Assembly: GCA_965233585.1 (NCBI GenBank) | Contig: CBDDTI010000746.1 | Span: forward strand, 640,001-704,000 | DNA length: 64,000 nucleotides | From: a bacterium | GTDB lineage: Bacteria; SAR324; NAC60-12 | Reading direction: 5' to 3' | Shown here: positions 57,898 to 64,000 of the stretch, in pieces | Position numbering within the stretch: the stretch's first letter is position 1 | How the letters are laid out: every line of letters begins with the position of its first letter | Position numbers and translations under genes: made by a program | The notes under the pieces: model-generated | Databases searched by the model: none | Seen by the model: only the letters and a program-made list of their open reading frames with translations | What the model was told of the DNA's origin: nothing

Positions 57898-59535
57898 ATG
57901 AAAATAGAGCAAAAGTTATTAGAAGAACTACAAGTTAAATGGGACTCCAAAAAAACATTAAATGCCCTTAATGACTGTGATGAAGTTTATGAAAAGCTTC
58001 TGACTCTACTTGCTGAAAAACTAAATAGCTATCATCAAGAAGCCTTATCTATTCAGTTTTACCGCCTGACTTTAGGATTTTGGTTGCAAAGTTTTATTCA
58101 TATCGTGTACGACCATTTTTTGGGAATCCAGCAAACAAATTCTCAGCAACAACTTGCACAAATAGAACTCACTGAACAGGTGGTTTCTTGGCATCATCTT
58201 GATCAAGTAAAACACCATTGCGGTTATCCATCTGATACATGGCAACGTCAACTTTATGTTTCTGTTGCTCGTGAAATGCTAAAACTAGGAAGCACAAGAC
58301 AAAACGCTTTTTTTTCTAATGAATTGCAAAATTTTTCTCATCAAGCCATTGAATTAAATTCTTTGAAATGGAGAGTATGGAAGAAGCTACAAAAATTGTT
58401 TAATCCTCAAATCACAATTTGTAATCCTTACATGAAAATAAGTGGAAGATGGAATTTGATGTTATTTCATCTGCTGACCTTTAGAAGCTGGATTTGGGAT
58501 AACTTTGAAAGACCTTATTCTGTGAACTATGCTATTGATTCAGAATTTAGAAAGCATCACTTTTTGAAAGCAGAAGAAGAGTTTACAACTATTGTAGGAC
58601 AATTAATTTTTTTGTATTTACCTGCAATTTTCTTAGAAGGTTTTCAAGAGTTTAGACAAAAAGTTAAACAGATGGAACTACCCAAAACTCAAGTTTACTA
58701 TTCAGCAAATAGTATTCTTTTTGATTCTATTTTCCAGTTTCATGTTGCGGAACATAGAAGCCAGTGTCGTTTATTACTTCATCAACATGGAGGACATTAT
58801 GGAACTTCAAAGTTTCTTATTCTTGAAGAGCATGAAAGGTCTGTTTGTGATTATTTTTATACATGGGGTTGGAAAGACCAAACAAATGACAAAGTGAAGC
58901 ATTTGCCCCCACCAACATTTCACATAGTCCACAGCAAGAATAAAAGAGGTATTTTGTTTATGTTGGGAAGGACCCCACGGTTTACTTATCGTTTGCACTT
59001 AGAATTTAATCCCATCAAACAAAAAAAAGATTATGAAAATAGCATTCTGTTTCTTCAAAAGATTCCTGATGATTTTGACCTTTTAATTAGACCATGGCCA
59101 GCAGATATGGGCTGGAATTTTTCAAAGATGTTGCAAGATGCAAAGATTCAGTTTGCTGTTGATGACTTTTCTCAAAAATCTTTATTTCACATGGGACAAA
59201 GAAAACTTGTTGTGATGAATGAAGCATGTACGGGGTTTTTGGAGACACTGGCATCTAATGTTCCAACAATAGTGTTTCACAGTATAGAACCCCATGCGTT
59301 TCGTAAGGAGGCATTGCCATACATTCAACAACTTGAATCTGTTGGCATTTTTTACACAAGCCCTATTTCAGCGGCAGAACAGGTGAAGCAAGTTTATCCT
59401 GATGTAGAAAGTTGGTGGAATCAGCCTGAAATTCAAAAGGCAAGGCAAGAGTTCATCTATCAATATGCACGTCTCAGTCAAAACTGGTTGAAAGACTGGA
59501 AGCAAGAGTTTTGCAGAGTTCTTAAAGAAAATTGA
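57898..59535 (+). CDS. Putative transferase, LIC12162-family-like (surface glycan associated)
   Basis: HQHGG.YG, E...D..YTWGW, T.FLE.L..N.PTI, VGIF..P.SAA, DVE.WW motifs. Confidence 0.65.
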   Translation: MKIEQKLLEELQVKWDSKKTLNALNDCDEVYEKLLTLLAEKLNSYHQEALSIQFYRLTLGFWLQSFIHIVYDHFLGIQQTNSQQQLAQIELTEQVVSWHHLDQVKHHCGYPSDTWQRQLYVSVAREMLKLGSTRQNAFFSNELQNFSHQAIELNSLKWRVWKKLQKLFNPQITICNPYMKISGRWNLMLFHLLTFRSWIWDNFERPYSVNYAIDSEFRKHHFLKAEEEFTTIVGQLIFLYLPAIFLEGFQEFRQKVKQMELPKTQVYYSANSILFDSIFQFHVAEHRSQCRLLLHQHGGHYGTSKFLILEEHERSVCDYFYTWGWKDQTNDKVKHLPPPTFHIVHSKNKRGILFMLGRTPRFTYRLHLEFNPIKQKKDYENSILFLQKIPDDFDLLIRPWPADMGWNFSKMLQDAKIQFAVDDFSQKSLFHMGQRKLVVMNEACTGFLETLASNVPTIVFHSIEPHAFRKEALPYIQQLESVGIFYTSPISAAEQVKQVYPDVESWWNQPEIQKARQEFIYQYARLSQNWLKDWKQEFCRVLKEN

Positions 59536-61940
59536 TGATTGTTGAAGTTGTTTTCAATATTCCTTTGCAACAGGCTTACGATTATTTATGGTCTCAAGAT
59601 TTAGATTACCAGCCCAAATTGGGACTTCGTGTGTTAGTGCCTTTTGGCATGCAAAAAAAGGTTGGAGTTGTTGTTAAAATCAAAGACTCGTCTGACTTTG
59701 AAAAGCTCAAAGATGTAGAAAGTCTTTTAGATGACACGGCAACTTTTGATAAAAACTTGCTTGAGCTGACTCAATGGGCGGCACACTATTATTTTGCAAG
59801 TTGGGGGGAAGTGCTGGCTTGTGCCGTTCCCGGTGGACTGAACATTAAAATCAAACGCACTTATTGGGTAGAAAATCCGCAATTAGATTTGTGGAACGCA
59901 CAACGTCCTGAAATATTGAATTTGTTTCAAAAAAAATTTTGGAATCCTACCGATTGGAAAAAGGTCAATCCCACCCCTAAAGAACAAAAGCTACTTCAAT
60001 CTTGGATAAAACAAGGTTGGATTCAAGAGTCTGTTGAAGTTGAAGAAAACCGATTGAAACCTAAACTTGAACGTTGGGTGAGGCTGGTTGAAGCCCCTGC
60101 GATGTTGCCTTCTAAAAATCCACGCAAGCAAACCAAGCGGGATAAAATCCTCAAATTACTCCATGAAGAAAAAGAAATCGCCTCTTACCAGATTAAAAAT
60201 CACGTGCCTGCCCCTTCCAACATTCTCAAACAGCTCAAAGAGCAAGGAATCATTGAGTTTTTTGAAAAAGAAGCGACGCGTACAATCACCAAAGTCAATC
60301 ACTCAGAACCTGAGGCATTTCAAGATTTAAATCCAGAACAAACCCTAGCTTTTGACAAAATACAAGAGGCTGTCAAAACTCAAAAATATCATGCGTTTTT
60401 GTTGCAAGGCATCACAGGCAGTGGCAAAACAGAAGTTTACTTACATGCTACAAAATGGGTTTTGGAACATGGAAAAACATGTTTGGTGCTTGTTCCTGAA
60501 ATTCCCTTAACTTACACGTTTGTCCATCGTTTTCAAGCAAGGTTTGGTTCACAAGTTGCCGTCTTGCACAGTGGCATGAGTGATAGAGAACGATTTGATG
60601 AATGGTACAAGGTCAAGACAGCCAGATGTCCCATTGTGATTGGCACTCGGAGTGCCATTTTTGCACCATTAGAACAAATCGGTTTGGTCATTGTTGATGA
60701 AGAACATGACCCCTCTTACAAGCAGAATGATTCCCCTCGCTACAATGCCAGAGACCTTGCCGTCGTCCGTGCTAAGTCTTGCAATGCAACCTTAGTGCTT
60801 GGTTCAGCAACGCCTTCTTTGGAAAGCTATCACAATACAGTTCAAAACAAATATCAAAGGCTTTTGTTGCCAAATCGTGTCAGTCATGCAACGTTGCCTG
60901 AAGTGGTGTTGTTGAATTTAAAACAAGAACTTCGTCAAGAAGGCTGTTATTTTTTTTCTAAAAAATTGGTAGAAGCCATTCGTGAAAGGCTGAATCGGAA
61001 TGAACAAAGTTTGCTGTTTCTCAACAGACGGGGTTTTTCTCCTTTGTTAGAATGCCGTGAATGTGCATGGACTGCCACTTGTGAGAATTGCTCACTTGCC
61101 TTGATTTATCATCAAAGCGACTTTTCTATCCAGTGCCATCAATGTCAATACAAGCAACGCCTGCCCCAATTTTGCCCGCAGTGCCAATCTTCTCATTTAA
61201 GGCAGGTTGGCACAGGCACAGAACAAATTGAAGAAAAAATCCGCATCATGTTTCCAGAAGCCAGATTATTGCGTATGGACAGGGATTCTTTGCGTGGTAA
61301 AGGAATTTTGGAAAAAGCGATTGAAAAAATTAAAAGGCTGGAAGTAGATATTATTGTAGGAACACAGATTGTGACCAAAGGGCATGACTTTCCAAATTTA
61401 ACTTTGGTTGGTGTCTTGTTGGCAGATATGTCTTTGAACTTTCCAGATTTTCGTTCAGCAGAGCGGACATTTCAAATCATTGCACAGGTTTCAGGTAGGG
61501 CAGGCAGGGCAGAAAAAAAAGGCGTGGCACTGATTCAAACATACAATCCAGAACATCACAGCTTGCAATATGCCAGACAGCACGATGTGGAATCTTTTTT
61601 GAAGCAAGAGTTAGATTTTCGTAGTGTTTTACAACGTCCCCCTTTTCATCGTATAGCGTTAGCTTTGGTCTCTAGCACTGATGAAAGACAAGCAGAACAC
61701 CTTTGCAAGATGTTTTGCCACGCACTAGCCGTGCCTCAAAATCCCCATGTGCAAATTTCTCAACCCATTCCAGCACCGATTGCTAAAATCAAAAATCGTT
61801 TTCGTTGGCAACTTTTCTTGACAGCATCTCGTCCTTTTGAAATTCAAAATTTACTTGCTCAAATCTGGACGAAGTTTTTACCTTCCATCAAAAAACAAGA
61901 CCGCATCAACATTGACATAGACCCATACCATTTGTTGTAA
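59535..61940 (+). CDS. priA: Primosomal protein N' (replication restart helicase)
   Basis: GITGSGKTEVY, LVPEI, DEEHD.SYKQ, SATP, LNRRG, four CxxC, KGHDFP. Confidence 0.95.
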   Translation: MIVEVVFNIPLQQAYDYLWSQDLDYQPKLGLRVLVPFGMQKKVGVVVKIKDSSDFEKLKDVESLLDDTATFDKNLLELTQWAAHYYFASWGEVLACAVPGGLNIKIKRTYWVENPQLDLWNAQRPEILNLFQKKFWNPTDWKKVNPTPKEQKLLQSWIKQGWIQESVEVEENRLKPKLERWVRLVEAPAMLPSKNPRKQTKRDKILKLLHEEKEIASYQIKNHVPAPSNILKQLKEQGIIEFFEKEATRTITKVNHSEPEAFQDLNPEQTLAFDKIQEAVKTQKYHAFLLQGITGSGKTEVYLHATKWVLEHGKTCLVLVPEIPLTYTFVHRFQARFGSQVAVLHSGMSDRERFDEWYKVKTARCPIVIGTRSAIFAPLEQIGLVIVDEEHDPSYKQNDSPRYNARDLAVVRAKSCNATLVLGSATPSLESYHNTVQNKYQRLLLPNRVSHATLPEVVLLNLKQELRQEGCYFFSKKLVEAIRERLNRNEQSLLFLNRRGFSPLLECRECAWTATCENCSLALIYHQSDFSIQCHQCQYKQRLPQFCPQCQSSHLRQVGTGTEQIEEKIRIMFPEARLLRMDRDSLRGKGILEKAIEKIKRLEVDIIVGTQIVTKGHDFPNLTLVGVLLADMSLNFPDFRSAERTFQIIAQVSGRAGRAEKKGVALIQTYNPEHHSLQYARQHDVESFLKQELDFRSVLQRPPFHRIALALVSSTDERQAEHLCKMFCHALAVPQNPHVQISQPIPAPIAKIKNRFRWQLFLTASRPFEIQNLLAQIWTKFLPSIKKQDRINIDIDPYHLL

Positions 61941-61995
61941 AGAACAGATTACTTGGGGACTCTGACAATGACCAAAAACTGAAATTATAAGACGG

Positions 61996-62035
61996 AAAAA
62001 AGAGAATGCAGAACGTGACGAACGTCACGCCTGCA
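61996..62035 (-). terminator. Probable intrinsic terminator of the 62052-63203 gene
   Basis: Minus strand TGCAGGCGTGACG-TT-CGTCACGTTCTGCA followed by TTCTCTTTTTT. Confidence 0.6.
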
Positions 62036-62051
62036 AGATTTAAGAATGAAT

Positions 62052-63203
62052 TTAGGGACGAGGGGAGGGATTGGCAATGCAGTACATGTAGTATGGTCCA
62101 GAGGTAAAAGAGGTGCTACTTCTAACGGTGGATCTGGTGGTATGTACTCTATATTCGTCACCTGAAAAACCAATGATTTGATCGTCTCGGAGATGAGATT
62201 GGTAGATTCTCATTTTCTCATTAGCAAGATTCTGATAATCAGAGTACCATGAAAAACACCTGCCTTTGATGGCAGAAAGGTCAGAAGGTTGGAGAGAAGC
62301 GTACCGTGCTTCTGTCAGATAGACTCCGTTTTGTGCTAATTTCAAATCTGTCCCCATGTCTAATCTATTAAATCTATCATGAGTTAAGCTACCAGTTGTA
62401 AAGGAGACATCTGCACCAGATTTTTTAAACTTAGAGACGTTGCCAGAAGCCAAGCGGACACCAATTTTGTAAGTGGTAGAAGTTTTCCATTCTGCTTTGG
62501 GAATCAACCATTTATTGTTACTTCCACCTGAATCCACATGCACTGCCTCACAATTCACAAAATCATCTGATGAAATCAACAACGTTCCTGCTGTGGTAGA
62601 ACATGCCCCAAGTGTATCATGGCTAGAGATTGCCTGTGTTGTTTGCAAATTTAGGATTCCCCGTGTATAAGTTTTGCCTCTATTGCTTTTCATAGAATCA
62701 AAAGAGAGTGCGGAAACAACCCCTCCCGAATTTGAATTTCCAGAACCTGCCCGAACAGCAGTGTATTCCCACTTGGATTTAACTCCCAAAATTCTGATAC
62801 CCAAATGACTCGCACCTGCGGTTGAGGCAGTCAATTTAACTTTGGCATCAAAGGTAGGTTTTGCAGGTAATTTATAGATAATTTTACTGTTTTGCCCTTC
62901 TTGTTCTTCTTCACCAACCACCAATTTCAAAGAATTGATATTCTGTCCGTAGCTGATTTGTAGCTTCTTACCCTGATAAATACCGGGCAACTTACAGCTC
63001 AAATCAGCAGTGTATTCAGAACCAACCTGAACATTACCACTGGCAGAGACCTCACAAGACGCTTTGGCGACAGTCCCTGACTCTTCATTTTCTTCTGCTG
63101 GTGGGGTACAAGCAACTAGAAAGGCAAACCCCAAAGCTAAATATGGCTTGCAAGAAAAATCCACCCCCCTGACAAAATTCTCTGACGATATGACATTTGA
63201 CAT
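62052..63203 (-). CDS. Hypothetical lipoprotein with Ig-like domains
   Basis: Lipobox LVAC; beta-rich Ser/Thr/Gly segments; L.P..W..STTYKI.V Ig-like pattern. Confidence 0.6.
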   Translation of the reverse strand: MSNVISSENFVRGVDFSCKPYLALGFAFLVACTPPAEENEESGTVAKASCEVSASGNVQVGSEYTADLSCKLPGIYQGKKLQISYGQNINSLKLVVGEEEQEGQNSKIIYKLPAKPTFDAKVKLTASTAGASHLGIRILGVKSKWEYTAVRAGSGNSNSGGVVSALSFDSMKSNRGKTYTRGILNLQTTQAISSHDTLGACSTTAGTLLISSDDFVNCEAVHVDSGGSNNKWLIPKAEWKTSTTYKIGVRLASGNVSKFKKSGADVSFTTGSLTHDRFNRLDMGTDLKLAQNGVYLTEARYASLQPSDLSAIKGRCFSWYSDYQNLANEKMRIYQSHLRDDQIIGFSGDEYRVHTTRSTVRSSTSFTSGPYYMYCIANPSPRP

Positions 63204-63401
63204 AATAGACTCCTAATAATGATGGATTAAATAAAACTGGAACCATTCCAGTTTCAAGGCTTGTCATTGTCTCACAATCTATAAAAAATGCAAATTTTTA
63301 ATTCAATCATTGCTCATTTAAGTTGTCAAACAACAAATCTATTGACAACATCTTTGGTTTACTTCAAAATTTTAAGTTTTATAGGAACAGATATTGGGGG
63401 C

Positions 63402-63965
63402 ATGATGTCTAAAAAGTTAACGATTTTGGGTTTGGTAGGTTTGTTGTTTGCTTCAGTTGTTTTTGCACAAGAATCTGAAGAAGATGAAGAGAAAGAATAT
63501 GATGACACACAACGTGCAGGTGATGTGTTGGTTGTGACTTTGCCACTTTGGACGATTAGTAGCAGTTTGTTAAGTGGGGATTCAGAAGGGGGTTTGATGT
63601 GGTTTCGGTCTTTGGGAGTGAATGCCCTCTTGACTTTTGGCTTGAAAAAAAGCACTGAAAAAGAGCGACCAGACAAATCAGACAAAGAATCGTTTCCTTC
63701 TGCACATGCTTCTATGACTTTTCACAGCGCCGCGTACCTCCATACGCGTTATGGATTCCAAGCGGCGTGGTTTCCTTATCTTGCCGCTACTTTTACAGCT
63801 TACAGCCGTGTCCACTCCAAAAAGCACTTTACTGAAGATGTTGTCGCGGGGGCATTCATCGGTTCACTGTCTGCATACTTTCTCACAGATTCCACCTCAC
63901 AATATTCGTTCATTCCTGACATTGGCAAAAATCATATTGCTTTCAATTTGAACGCAAAGTTTTAA
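63402..63965 (+). CDS. PAP2-family phosphatase
   Basis: K...KERPD, SFPSAH, SRV..KKH...DV; signal peptide; ATG 63402 preferred. Confidence 0.85.
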   Translation: MMSKKLTILGLVGLLFASVVFAQESEEDEEKEYDDTQRAGDVLVVTLPLWTISSSLLSGDSEGGLMWFRSLGVNALLTFGLKKSTEKERPDKSDKESFPSAHASMTFHSAAYLHTRYGFQAAWFPYLAATFTAYSRVHSKKHFTEDVVAGAFIGSLSAYFLTDSTSQYSFIPDIGKNHIAFNLNAKF

Positions 63966-64000
63966 AGTTTGGGTCTGTTCATTTTTAACTCTGCCCTTGT

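Noticed and set aside
272..63951. Numerous short ORFs antisense to or nested in long genes in the ORF track
   Set aside because: Shadow ORFs of well-supported genes with no independent motif or RBS evidence.

Overview
Moderately AT-rich bacterial chromosomal window. The gene content (lineage-type hypotheticals, TerB-like protein, Ig-like lipoprotein, many TRAP/ABC transporters) looks like a marine deltaproteobacterial or SAR324-type organism; this is an inference. In order: a 5'-truncated FN3-repeat surface protein whose beta-propeller C-terminus is followed in frame by a decayed RCC1-repeat tail; a PD-(D/E)XK-like gene; a GTCA-tagged palindrome mosaic array; a frameshifted IS1; tRNA-Arg(CCT) heading a cheW-cheW-mcp-cheR-cheD-cheA cluster with a PAS-containing CheA and no cheY/cheB; htrA; PAP2; an AT-rich glycan-modification island; housekeeping genes (hemW, ispF, ftsB, hglS/ydcJ, glnE, murF, sdaA, priA); a second palindrome array; and two TRAP systems, one with a YphC-like dehydrogenase. 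The most notable locus is a branched-chain-type ABC transporter operon with an intact NAD-dependent formate dehydrogenase embedded in it, preceded by a 168-bp tandem triplication in which every copy carries a sigma70-type promoter aimed at the operon. The tetramer TCGA is nearly absent from the window. All calls are by eye from the sequence and ORF track; no searches were run.
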